A stretch of DNA of 64,000 bases from Eledone cirrhosa (Eukaryota): assembly GCA_964016885.1 (NCBI GenBank), contig OZ024740.1:31930001-31994000 (forward strand). Reading direction: 5' to 3'. Every line of letters starts with the position of its first letter. The first letter of the stretch is position 1. A program made the position numbers and the translations under genes. This document shows, piece by piece, positions 1 to 10,950 of this stretch. The notes beneath the pieces are model-generated. The model saw only the letters and a program-made list of their open reading frames with translations. It searched no databases and was not told the origin of the DNA.

Positions 1-265
1 CTGCTGAAGACATGATAACCTTTCCAGTGCTGTTACCATGATAAAATGTAACCAGTACAGTATAAGGTGGTTGGTGTTGGAAAGAGCATACAACCATAGA
101 AACCATGCCAAATATGGAGCATATGAGCAAGACATGGTCTTCCTACCTATTTAAGAGGACAGTAACTCAAAATAAGAACTGTTCAACCCATAACAACATG
201 GAAAGCAGATGTAAAAATGGTGATAACAATGATGATTGTGGTGGTGGTGGTGGTGATGATGGTGG
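1..265 (+). mobile_element. Degenerate SINE/RTE-tail-type dispersed repeat
   Basis: Contains the motif agtgctg...ataaaatg...cagtac...gtggttgg...catagaaacc that recurs through the first 13 kb. Ends in an (atg/gtg)n tail. Confidence 0.55.
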
Positions 266-1429
266 TAATATCAAAATGATAATTTGATGCATGAAATTCA
301 ATTCAATAAATGGCAAATATATTGATGTTAGATAGGCACAGTTTTTCTACAAAACAAGGGGGAGGTGGGGGTGAAAACAGTACTGATTTTTAATCAAGGC
401 ATTTTGAAGTAGGTATCCTGAAATACTCAATTTCTGCCACAAATGTCAGAGATACATTAACAAATAACAGAACTTTAACCAACTGATGAAATATTTGAAG
501 TGTATAGTGGTTTCACTGCTGAATATTTAATAAATTATTGATTTATGTCATACACTTGATCATTCAATAACATTTATGACTAAAAATAACAGTGAGTTGG
601 CAGAAGTGTTTAGGCATCTAACTACAAGCTTTACAAGATTTTGTTTTGCCTTCCTACAAAAAGAGTCAAAAGGAGTCTTTAGTTATGTCAGAGAAATGAC
701 AAACTCCCTAGTGTCAGTGATCTATATGATAATCACATCTAATACACTAGTGGTCAGTGATATGAAGGGCATCCAGCCATAGAAAACCTGCCAAACAAAG
801 GATCAGGAGAATTCTTCTGCTGTGTCAATGACAACTTCCCGAGTGCTAGTGTCACAATAAAATGCACTCAGTAGAGTATGGGATCCTATGTTGAGTCTGA
901 CTCATCTGGAGGTCAGTGGCTCCACTTGAGGACTGACCTGTCTAAGATGACACAGGCAAAGATGATGATTTGTATATTTTGAATTCAAATCCTACTAGAG
1001 TCAACCTTCCTTGTCAATAGTAGTAGATAGTAGAGAGACAGGCTGAATGCTTTACTATATATAGTGTTCATGTCAGAATCTACCTTGCCTTCCATTCATC
1101 ACTTAAATGGCAGGGTTTAGTGGATTAAATATACAAACATTAGCATTATCAAAAGAAATTAATATTTATGACAAATGGTTTTCAATATATTTTACATGGT
1201 GACGAGAATCTCAAAACAAGGGAGAAGTTAATTAAAAAAGTTTAGAATGAAAAGGCTCAGAATAAAACTTTGTTGATAAGCGATTTTTCTGAACTTATAA
1301 ATGCAACTAGGTAACAGTACATTATGCTTATAAAATGAATAAATAAGGATTGGGTATTGCATATACTGGATGACCAGACCTTATAAATATGATAATCTTT
1401 AAACTCATTACAAAATGTTACAAAGTTTA

Positions 1430-1670
1430 TGCATGCCTAATACACTCTGTAAAGTGGTTGGCATTAGAAAATGCATCTCATGCTAAAAAGGGTAGAGAAG
1501 ATTCTTCAGTCATATCAAGACATGAAAACCTGCCTAGTGCAGGTGCCATAATAATTTGCATCCAGTGAACTTTGTAAAGTGGTTGATATTAGGACAGACA
1601 TCTAGTTGTAGAAACCATGCAAAAAAATGGAAAAACAGACATAAAATAATGATGATGATGATGATGATGA
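1430..1670 (+). mobile_element. Degenerate copy of the same dispersed repeat
   Basis: ctctgtaaagtggttggcattag...gtagaaaccatgc motif, with a (GAT)n tail at 1648-1670. Confidence 0.5.
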
Positions 1671-1811
1671 CGACACATTTTTATTGCTATTGACAAGCAG
1701 TGTCACAGTAAAGAAAATATGGTGAGAGGTGGAAGATGACATGGAGTGGAGAGGTCCCTTAGCCAGCAGTGGATCATATGACCTTTGGCACAAAGGAACA
1801 AGCCAAGATTT

Positions 1812-2282
1812 TGCCTTGCTTCCCTGGACATGGATACATTGAAGCTCTGACGTCTGGCAACTGACTTGGTAAACACCCACAAAATTATTAACCATTTTGC
1901 CAACAACAACTTTGAGTACCTTTTTGATTTCCATGTGTCTGACACACGTGGGCATGCCAACAAAGTCAGAAAACAGCACAGCTCCCATGACTTTCAGAAA
2001 CATCTTTTCACACTCAGAGTTGCTGAAGCATGGAGCAAACTACCTGCATCAGTTATTAGCTGTCAAGACACTGCATCCTTTAAAATCTCCATGCTTCCTA
2101 AGATTCGCCAACACTACACCTGATGTCCTCGCTCTATACACATGTACACATGTATTTCATGACTCTACACTGTTCATTTTCCTGACATTTGTACATTATT
2201 CTATGTACTATACATGCACCTTTGATGAGTTGTAGTGCACCTGAGCACTGTACACAATAATTTCATTATTATTAGTATTATA
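1812..2282 (+). mobile_element. CR1-type LINE, 5'-truncated 3' end (ORF2 C-terminus plus 3' UTR)
   Basis: Reads DLVNTHKII...DTRGHANKVRKQ...LFTLRVAEAWSKLPASVIS...FK, the typical CR1/L2-group ORF2 C-terminal motif (TRGHxxK...RVxxxWNxLP). There is an upstream in-frame stop and an (ATT)n-like tail near 2265-2282. Confidence 0.8.
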
Positions 2283-2289
2283 AGATAAT

Positions 2290-2680
2290 GTAAGTGTCAT
2301 GATAGAAAGCACCTAGTATTCTCTGTAATGTGGTTGGTAATCAAACAGACTATATAAGGTAGTGAGGACTGTTCAGTCTGGCCAAACATATGACCTCTCT
2401 AGTGCTGCTGCTATGATAAAATGCACCTAGTATATGCTATAAAGTGGGAGGGCTGGTGCCATGATATAAAATGCACCCAGTATACTTTGTAAAGTGGTAG
2501 TGTTGGTGCCACGATAAAACAACCTGTACACTCTGGAAGGACATCCAGCCATAGAAACATACTATACCAAATATGGAACACATGAGCAAGATAAAGTCTC
2601 TCCGACCTATCTATTCTCATACCGTGACAATTTGTCCAAATCCATGAAAGGTGGATTTAAAATGATGATGATGATGATGG
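2290..2680 (+). mobile_element. Degenerate SINE-like repeat with tandemly repeated internal domain
   Basis: Several copies of gtgctggtgccatgataaaatgcacccagta, then ggaaggacatccagccatagaaac, then a (GAT)n tail. Confidence 0.55.
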
Positions 2681-2785
2681 GGACATATTTTGTTAAAATA
2701 AAGTTTATATAAATGTTACTGACAGATGTATTAGTGAAAATGTATCTGTAAAAAGCATTACCAAACTATAAATGAGGTTACTTAC

Positions 2786-2932
2786 CTTAAAAGCAGTATA
2801 TATCACCAGCAAGAACGTAGAAAACCATTGACCCCCATATGAATCATCCAGTAAAAAGTACACCCAAGGAACAATTGGCGTTAAACAACCATAAAAATAT
2901 ATCATCTGCTCGATTAACATGAAATATTTGCC
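2786..2932 (-). CDS. RNFT2: RNFT1/RNFT2-family gene, internal coding exon
   Basis: ctag|GGC AAA...TTT AAG|gtaag, 147 nt, reads GKYFMLIEQMIYFYGCLTPIVPWVYFLLDDSYGGQWFSTFLLVIYTAFK. Matches the RNFT KGxxYxLxE...PxxxW...YxxxK pattern. The C-terminal RING exons are expected beyond position 1. Confidence 0.9.
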
Positions 2933-3101
2933 CTAGTAAGAAAAAGAAAAAAAGAAACAATTTCATATAAAGATCCCATTTAGCTGTTACAATAACTCAA
3001 AGATATTTCTAAAAGAAGACAAGTTAATTTTAATACTATAGAATACACTATAGTTATGCTGTGTTTTTGGCTATGATGTTGAGTCTGATATACAGCCTGA
3101 C

Positions 3102-3259
3102 CAGGACTGGATTAACCACTAAGCAAAATAAACACATGCTTAGGGCATCAAAGGAAACGGGGCACCATGATATTTAAATTAAATGAATTTATCATTCAAA
3201 CAATTTTTTCCACAGACTTTTAAATGCTTAACACCTCAAAAGGTCTTAATCTGGTGGTG
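3102..3259. mobile_element. Possible degenerate MITE
   Basis: Imperfect terminal inverted repeats caggactggattaa ... ttaatctggtggtg, about 160 bp apart. No clear TSD. Confidence 0.3.
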
Positions 3260-3989
3260 CTATAAGGGTTAACAACACTTCTACTGTATCCTTAATTTAA
3301 TACCTTCACCACATAAATGACTGTTTAAAAAAATAGTCATTTAACTGAAAAAAAAAACAGCATAGCAACTGTAGATGTGTAAAATATACACGGCAGTCAA
3401 CAGATTAAAGAAGCAGCTTTAATGGCAATAAGATAACAAGATAGACAAGATTCTATATAAGGTCTCACATATACATATGGTTGACATTGCTCTTCACCTC
3501 AAACATGTTTAACATTTAACAATGTCTTGAAATCTTGAAATTATATGGATATATGTGTATAAGATCAAGAAACATGGCGCTATGCTGTGATGATGAAGAC
3601 CCAGCCACAAGCATACAATATAACCTGACCCATCCATGCCCCCCTCCCAATTCCACTAGCACTTTCTAGCAGCTATCATCACTAATACTGCACTCATGTC
3701 CCCTCCAGTACTCTTTAACTATTCCCCATCTAAAACCCTTAGATACTCTCACTGTCTCACCATAGTAGCTACTCTCTACCCCTTGTGCACCCCCTTCTTA
3801 GTTATTTCTCCATTACTGGCCATTCCCTTGCACCCTATCAACCACACCATCCACCCTTCACAACATTACTCCCTACTCCCCATACACTACTAGCCACCCA
3901 TTTCCCTTACTTGTTGCCCTGCCATATTACTACATACACCGATAACTTCATATCTTCCCGCTACCTGTGAGGGCTCTTCAGTTGGGACT

Positions 3990-4320
3990 ATGACCAACAA
4001 CCCGTAAGGGGGTTGGTGACAGGAAGGACACCCTGCTGTAGAAACCTTGTCAATGACACAACAACCGTTCCAGTGTTGATGATCTACATGATAAACACAC
4101 CCAGTACACGCTATAAAGTGGTTGGACATGGCAACCTTCTTAGTGTTGGTGATCTACAAACTAAAAGCACTGAGTACATGCTGAAAAGTGGTCACTGATA
4201 GGAAGGGCATCCAGCCATAGAAAGCTTGCCAAACAAATGGTTTGGAGAACTCTCCAGATGTGTCAAAGACATGACAACCTCATTAGTGCTGGTGACATGA
4301 TAAAATGCACTTAGTAGAAC
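3990..4320 (+). mobile_element. Degenerate SINE-like repeat
   Basis: ggttggtgacaggaaggacaccctgctgtagaaacc and aggaagggcatccagccatagaaa motifs. Preceded by a pyrimidine-rich tract at 3640-3960. Confidence 0.5.
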
Positions 4321-4891
4321 GTGAACCATATGTAAGCGACATGTATTCCAGCTGTGACCATCCTGTTTTTTCTATATCAAATTGTTCTCTATTTGATTAT
4401 GACAGTAAGGTGTGATTTGAAGAGATTTGGTTGTTAATTCTAGACCACATAAAAGCTCTCTCATTTTCTCAATTCAGTCGGTAGAGTATCAGACGTTTAA
4501 TTTTAGTGTCCCTCAGTATGTGCAACTTCTTTTGTGAAATGGCCATCTAGCTGAGTGGTATAGTAATTTTTTTTTAGATTGGAGACAGACTGGGTGCCAA
4601 GGGAAAGTATGTATAAATCATTATGGACCTTATTATATTTACACTAAAGCAGTGCTTCTCTTATTGTGTCAAAATGTTGTAGCAGTGAATACTTGTATAC
4701 TTGATCATTTATTTGCTTCAGTATTGTGTAGCATAAAGGTCAAATACAAAGTTCTAAGAATTTCAATAATATTAATACTGACAATAACAGAGATAGACCA
4801 GCAAAATCTTTGATATAAGCCTAACATTGTACCACAGTGGAAAGAATTAATAGAAAAATCAATGAAAAAAAAAGAGAAGACAGATGCTTAC

Positions 4892-5045
4892 CCTTTGACG
4901 ATAAGGTATATATGTTCGTGGCCACATGGCAACCAAAGATTTTAAAATAATACAAATAAATTTAAGTACAAAATCTGTGATTCCTATAATCCAAGCAAGA
5001 GACCATATATCTAACTTTTCCATAACTGGAAGCTGGAGGTATAAT
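4892..5045 (-). CDS. RNFT2: RNFT1/RNFT2-family gene, internal coding exon
   Basis: ttctag|A TTA...CAA AGG|gtaag, 154 nt, reads LYLQLPVMEKLDIWSLAWIIGITDFVLKFICIILKSLVAMWPRTYIPYRQR. The WIxGITDFxLKF motif is characteristic of RNFT1/2. Confidence 0.92.
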
Positions 5046-5224
5046 CTAGAAAATAAAAAAGAGTAAAAGAAAAATAGTATTAATGATTTACTTGAAATTA
5101 AAAAAAGCAAAACAGCAGAAACAATATTGTTTGCGAGCTCATCTATTGTCAACATTTATCCTTAGACAACACATTTAATCCTAGCTGATTTTAGTCCTTC
5201 TGGGGATGTAAGAACTCTGTAGTA

Positions 5225-5465
5225 CTGATGCCAAAATAAAGTAAAGTGGTAGCGTTGATGCCACAATAAAATACACATAGTACACTCTGTAAAATGATAG
5301 TGCTGGTGCATGATAAAATGCATCCAATATATTGTTAAATGGTTGGCATTAGAAAGGGCATCCACCTTGTACAAATGAGATGTGGTTCTCTGACCTGTCT
5401 AGTCTCAGACCATAATGATCCATCTATTCCATGCCAACAGGGAAAATAGACATAAAATGATGATA
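5225..5465 (+). mobile_element. Degenerate SINE-like repeat
   Basis: Tandem tgatgcca...ataaaatgcatccaata units, then gttggcattagaaagggcatcca, ending in gacataaaatgatgat. Confidence 0.5.
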
Positions 5466-5869
5466 CCCTGTTCTACTTAGTCATAAAAAAAGGGTAATAT
5501 ATTTTCAATTACATTATATAGTATCTTACCCAGAAATAGATCTGTCTCAACTTTATGATATTATTGAATCTAGGGTTAAGCACAGGCTTTGTAAGCCCCG
5601 TGGTTCAAAGAGATATTACATTAGGACTCATAGGATCACTTTTAGGAAAAATATATTATTTACAATATATTTTCTAATAGAAAAGAATTTTAAATTAGTA
5701 AAGGTTAAAATTTAATATGGAAATTTGTTATGAATTAGATACTTTTATTGATATATTTTTTTATTGGATGTTAACACTTTTTTTTTCAAATAGGTGATTC
5801 TAACTTCAACCAAAATTTCCATTATTCATGTTTTCGGTTGACATGTTGAATAAGCTGTACTGAATCTGG

Positions 5870-6300
5870 ATCATCATTATTATCATTTTACGCTGTCTTT
5901 CCAAGCTTTCAAGGGTTGGATGGGTTTTTCCAGCATAATATCCCTCCACTCATTGTGCTCCAGTGATTTGAGGCCAGCTCTCACAACCTCTGCTCAAATC
6001 TTCTTTGGTCTTCCTCTACTGCAGCTTCTTTCTTCAGGGATTTCTTGGCACTTCTCACCCAATGATCATCATCCATACCAGTGCAGTCTTCTCTCTTGGC
6101 CACTACATCTGATTTCTCTTATACCAGGTTTTTCTCTCAGCTCATTAATGCTTCATTGTTCATGCACACCTTAACATTGCATATCCATCAAAGCAGGCTC
6201 CCTTCATTTCTCTAACCTTTGCATAACCTCTAGATTCACTGGGCATGTCTCACTACAATGCAATATCTTACATTGCATGCAGGTATCATAGAGCCAGCTT
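5870..6300 (-). mobile_element. RTE-clade LINE fragment (degraded ORF C-terminus plus tail)
   Basis: Minus strand reads, with frameshifts and stops, ...LHCSETC...ELREKPGIREIRCSGQERRLHWYG...RGRPKK, typical RTE motifs. (ATC)n tail near 5870. Confidence 0.7.
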
Positions 6301-6407
6301 CTTGTTAGTACAATTTAATCTTGTGTTTGTGATGTTAATTTTAAATGAGATGTTAGATTTTTCAATTGAAATTTTATGTCTGGCTGATGATTGTGGCTAG
6401 TTAACAC

Positions 6408-6770
6408 AATCATCATCATCATCATCATTGTTTAACATCCATCTTCCACGCTAGCATGGGTAGGACGGGCTATCCCTTTGTGAGGGATCAGGTCAGGGGA
6501 CCATGATTCGCTGACACAGAACTGATTTTGGCTTGGTTTCTACGGCTAAATGTCCTTCCTAATGCCAACCTCATTTACAGTGTGTGCTGGGTGCTTCTTG
6601 TTGTGTCACCTACATGACCACTTTACAGCGTGGACTGGGTGCTTTTTGTCGTGATACCTACACAACCACTTTACAGTGTGGACTGGGCGCTCGCTTTTGT
6701 CATGACACCTACATGACCACTATAGTGTGGGCTGGGCTCTTTTGTGTGGTGCCAGGGGGATCACTTTATA
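6408..6770 (-). mobile_element. SINE-like element with about four internal ~45-bp tandem repeats
   Basis: (CAT)n tail at 6408-6428 and ggtttctacggctaaatgtccttcctaatgccaacc, then repeats of cacctacatgaccactttacagtgtggactgggtgctttttgtcgtga. Confidence 0.65.
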
Positions 6771-6944
6771 AAGGAGGTTTAAAACTTGGGAAGATGCTTG
6801 GGGAAATTGGAGATGAAATAGAGGAGGTTTACAGGAGGGGAGATGGTAGAAAATGGTGTTGCCTACTAGGTATATCACTCAGCCCGAGAATAATAGAGGG
6901 TGGGTCTTCTGTAATACTTCATAGCACCAGAGGTTACGGTCCTG

Positions 6945-7155
6945 TGTCAGTGAGGTGTAACTGAGCAAAGTTAGCTCTTATTATCTCATCCCAAGTCTTC
7001 CTAGGCCTGCCTACTCCATGCCTACCATCAACTTTGAGCACTCTGCACCTTTTTGTACAGCTGTCATCCTTCATACGCATCACATGTCCACACCAATGCA
7101 TTCTCCTCTCCTGCACACAACATCTGATCCCTCTTATGCCTAATTTCTTACAGCA
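6945..7155 (-). mobile_element. RTE-clade LINE fragment
   Basis: KKLGIRGIRCCVQERRMHWCGHVMRMKDDSCTKRC...GVGRPRKTWDEII, the RTE C-terminal signature (RLxWxGHVxRM...GRPxKxW). Confidence 0.8.
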
Positions 7156-7254
7156 GTTCATTTATGTTTTGGAGGCTTAATTAATATTCACTATCACCAT
7201 ATTTTATAAACACATCTAAGAAAGCCACTTGGAAGGGTTGTTAGAATATCAAAC

Positions 7255-7366
7255 TTTGTGGTATTTGTTCTGGATCTCTACACAGTTCAAATCCTGTTGA
7301 GGTCAACTTTGCTTTTCATCCTTTAGAGTTCAATAAAAATGTACCAGTCCAGTACTGGGGTTGATT
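7255..7366 (+). mobile_element. Degenerate copy of a second SINE family
   Basis: B-box-like agttcaaatcc followed by gaggtcaactttgcttttcatcctttagagttcaataaaaatgtaccagt. Related remnants lie at ~980-1010 and ~9880-9970. Confidence 0.5.
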
Positions 7367-7601
7367 CTTCTTCTCTCTATCTCATACTCACTCTTACTTC
7401 TCTGGAGGAAATTGGCTGTGTTCAGACCTGGAGAGAGGATGGCCTCCAACAGGTTTAAAATGTCCACAATTGCATCCCATCAAAAGTTATGGGTCCAAAG
7501 AAACAAGAAAGCCACATGCTTCTAAGAACTCTGACAGAAACTTTAGTTATTGACAGCATATATTTTGAAAAAAGAAAAATGAAGAAAGTGAATTAACTTA
7601 C

Positions 7602-7714
7602 GTCCGATAGAGCTTCTGATCAGCAAAAACGATGTATATAGACAAAATATTACCAAGAAGAAATAGTATCAACCAGAGTTTAGATAGCAAAGTTCTATGA
7701 TGAGCACCACCTTG
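7602..7714 (-). CDS. RNFT2: RNFT1/RNFT2-family gene, internal coding exon
   Basis: ttgtag|CAA...CGG AC|gtaag, 113 nt, reads QGGAHHRTLLSKLWLILFLLGNILSIYIVFADQKLYR (hydrophobic TM segment). Ends in phase 2, matching the next exon. Confidence 0.85.
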
Positions 7715-8422
7715 CTACAATGAGAGTAGAAAGAAAAAAAAAGGTAAAATATAACTAGGCTAGATAGAATGAGGTTTTCATTTGAAATAAATATGGTATT
7801 AGGAAGGGTTACCAGATGTAGAAATCATGCCCAAAATGGAAAGTATGAGATAGACGTGGTTCCCTTATACCATTTAATCTTGGACTTTAATAACCTGTCC
7901 AACCCATGTCAGTATGGAAAGTGGACATAAAATGATGGTGCTGGTGAATGCTAATGATGGTTAGTAGTCATGACAGAGAGAGAAAGTTGCAGTTGACTGA
8001 ATTCATTGTATGTTGGCATACTAAACATTCCTATGATACTACTAGTACAGTCAAAACAAAGTTTAAATAACTCAATCTTCTTTTGTGTACAAAGATGCCA
8101 TATGGAGGTTGTTCAACTGCTTTAAGCAAATTACATTGATAATCTCAAATATTACCATGAAACTATAGAAGGTAACAGAAAACCTCTCTAATGTGTACTA
8201 CTTGAAACACTATATAAGCCCTTTGTGACATTATACAAGATATAAGGTAGTGGAGTGATATAGACAATAGAGTGACAGACTTAATGCTGTATAGTTTTTG
8301 GTTTCAACTCTGTATGTTCTGAATTCAAATTTTAATTTTTCCATGATCACCAATACAAGCAGCCAAAATGGAGTTCCTCTGAATGGTTTTTGAAGTAACG
8401 TTACTCAATAAGGAGCTTAGCT

Positions 8423-8565
8423 TAGAGGGAGAACCAAGGAAAACCTGTGTAGAAGTGGCAAGAGCAGATCTCAAAACACTGAACCTCACAGAGATGACAA
8501 TGAAATGCAACTAGTAGAGGAATGTTGTACTGAAAAAGACCCATCCAACCCATACAAACTAAGAA
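8423..8565 (+). mobile_element. RTE LINE 3'-end fragment
   Basis: Encodes a degenerate PRKTCVEVARADLKTLNLTEM, homologous to the other RTE fragments. Followed by a catccaacccat tail motif. Confidence 0.55.
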
Positions 8566-8665
8566 AAACACAACAAAAGGAGGATAATAATGTGGTGAAG
8601 AGGTTATGAATAAGTAAAAAGTTGGGGGCAAAAATGTAGAACATTATACATTAATAACAGTAGTA

Positions 8666-9010
8666 ATCATCATCATCATCATTTCATTTTACGTCCGCTT
8701 TTTCCCTGCTTGCAAGGGTGGGACGGGAACTGATTCTGGCTTGATTTCTACAGCTGGATGCCCTTCCTAACACCAACCTCATTTACAGTGAGTGCTGGGT
8801 GCTTAATTGCCGTGGAACCTCCATGACCACTTTGCAGTGGAATGATATGGACCCCTGTCCCTATCATCTCATTTCTACAGCTGAGTAAACTGGAGCAATG
8901 TGAAATAAAGTGTCTTTCTCAAGGAAACAACACATCACCCGGTCTGAGAATTGAACTCACAACCTCTCAATTGCAAGGCCAATGCTCTAACCACTAAGCC
9001 ATGTGCCTCC
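8666..9010 (-). mobile_element. Young full-length tRNA-derived SINE (CORE-like domain), copy 1
   Basis: Near-exact reverse complement of 9085-9427, with a (CAT)n tail at the left end. Confidence 0.9.
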
Positions 9011-9084
9011 ATATAGATAAGTATATTGAATAGATAAGTATATTGAAACTTCACTACTGTCTTATTAAATATAGTTTTAGATTT

Positions 9085-9427
9085 GGAGGCACATGGCTTA
9101 GTGGTTAGAGCATTGGCCTTGCAATCGAAAGGTTGTGAGTTCAATTCTCAGACCGGGTGATGTGTTGTTTCCTTGAGCAAGACACTTTATTTCACATTGC
9201 TCCAGTTTACTCAGCTGTAGAAATGAGATGATAGGACTGGGGTCCATATCATTCCACTGCAAAGTGGTCGTGTAGGCGCCACGGCAAAAAAGCACCCAGC
9301 ACTCACTGTAAATGAGGTTGGTGTTAGGAAGGGCATCCAGCTGTAGAAATCAAGCCAGAATCAGTTCCCATCCCACCCTTGCAAGCAGGGAAAAACAGAC
9401 GTAAAATGATGATGATGATGATGATAA
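9085..9427 (+). mobile_element. Young full-length tRNA-derived SINE (CORE-like domain), copy 2
   Basis: Pol III A box TGGCTTAGTGG, B box GAGTTCAATTC, CORE-like ccttgagcaagacacttt, then aggaagggcatccagctgtagaaa and an (ATG)n tail. Confidence 0.9.
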
Positions 9428-10360
9428 TGTACCTTTGCATCAGCTATATCCTACTGAAGCTTTAACCCTTTTAATACTAAGCTGCATTAAACTGCCTTGG
9501 TTCTATGATACAGAACTGTTTGTTTTAAAATATTTGTCATTGGTGTCATTATCATCAACCTATGTTAAGTTATGTTCCAAACATAAGATAAATAATAAGA
9601 AAGTTAGTTATATTACAAAATCCATCCAAATTTTTCATTAGAAATATGGTATTGAAAGTTTTAATGCAGTATACACAATACTCTATATAGTACTCAAACA
9701 CTGCATTATTATACAACTAAGTCTGGCACTCACATCATTGAGATGCTCTCCTATTTTATTTATCAATCATCATCATCATGAGACAAAAGTTTTTAAAAAT
9801 GGATTATGAAAACTACCTGAAGCCATAGAGCATCAGACTAAAGTCTTTATTGTATTTAGTTGCATCCTTTTCACTTTTGATTTCAAATCTTGCTGGGAGT
9901 TGATTTGGCTCTTCAGACCTTTGGGGTTGATCAAATTATTAACTATAAAATACTAGGGTTAATTCAATTGATTATGCCTAATACCTTAACTTTTGTCGTG
10001 TCAACCTGCCTGACATTACCCCTGTTAATGTATATAAAACAAATTTATCCTTTTTAAATTGTTTACATGTAAATCTGAATCTTTTATCATGATTATAACT
10101 AAGAAACTTTTATTAAGTTGTTAAAAATACCAACTTAATAATGAAGAAATTAATTATTTCACTAAATTCCTCTAAATTGTTTATTATTTTCATAATTAGT
10201 TGAAAGACATGGGCAGTGGATTTCATTAGTATGGTCATGGAAGGGTAAAAATGTTTACTACAAAAAGAAAGAAAAAAGATTTACAAAATTAGAAAAAGAA
10301 ATAAAGCAACAAAATTGTTTTATTTCTTTCTTCTTCTGCGATAGGAAACTTGAAACTTAC

Positions 10361-10446
10361 CCGAGCAATGAGTTGATGTGTCTGTCTATCAAAACCACGA
10401 TTTGCATAGCAGAATGTTCCTAAGAGACTAAAGAATATTAACAACC
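10361..10446 (-). CDS. RNFT2: RNFT1/RNFT2-family gene, internal coding exon (first visible in the window)
   Basis: Minus strand tttttcag|...|gtaag, 86 nt, reads (G)LLIFFSLLGTFCYANRGFDRQTHQLIAR. Resembles the RNFT1/2 segment GLLTTFMYANKSI as recalled. Ends in phase 0, matching the next exon. The RNFT1 vs RNFT2 label cannot be resolved here. Confidence 0.85.
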
Positions 10447-10616
10447 CTGAAAAATAAAAAGAGACAAAATATAAATAAAATTAGAATTCAAATATTCCAA
10501 ATACATTGTTATATATAAATTAGAAAATATATAGCTTTCACCGTATTTTTAACTAAAGGAATTTTAGCTTGATAACGGGGTTTAGAACCCTCAGATAAAT
10601 GGAAAAAGATGAGTAT

Positions 10617-10687
10617 TGACGTACATGGGAGTCGAACCCACATCTGTGGTTATCGCGACCACTGTGCTACCATTACACCAACACATC
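10617..10687 (-). tRNA. Second, inverted copy of the same tRNA-like cloverleaf
   Basis: Reverse complement of 10880-10950. Confidence 0.65.
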
Positions 10688-10879
10688 ACCCATCTCTTTC
10701 CATTCAAATTAGAAACTACATTCTTAGCGAGTTTAAATGGCAAGTAAGTATGTTTTGAAACAGTGAGCGAGTTTGAAATTAGAAAATATATAGTTTTCAC
10801 CGTATTTTTAACTAAAGGAATTTTAGCTTGATAACGGGGTTTAGAATGTAGTTTCTAATTTGAATGGAAAGAGATGGGT

Positions 10880-10950
10880 GATGTGTTGGTGTAATGGTAG
10901 CACAGTGGTCGCGATAACCACAGATGTGGGTTCGACTCCCATGTACGTCA
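10880..10950 (+). tRNA. tRNA-like cloverleaf (Gln-like D arm, non-canonical anticodon loop CGCGATA); pseudo-tRNA within a mobile element
   Basis: GATGTGT TG GTGT-AATGGTA-GCAC A GTGGT-CGCGATA-ACCAC AGAT GTGGG-TTCGACT-CCCAT GTACGTC A. All four stems pair (with G-U). A and B boxes are intact and a T5 run follows at 10960-10964. Confidence 0.65.

Noticed and set aside
9461-10250. Possible piggyBac-like MITE (ttaaccc ... aagggtaaaa)
   Set aside because: The termini are too degenerate and the interior is interrupted, so boundaries cannot be supported by eye.
10565-10600. Hammerhead ribozyme within the 259-bp tRNA unit (cttgataa followed by a gggtt/aaccc hairpin)
   Set aside because: No canonical CUGANGA box and no GAAA box after the hairpin on either strand.
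10880-10950. Functional tRNA-Ser(CGA) gene
   Set aside because: It lacks U33, purine-37 and the long Ser variable arm, has three G-U pairs in the acceptor stem, and is embedded in a mobile unit. Kept only as tRNA-like.
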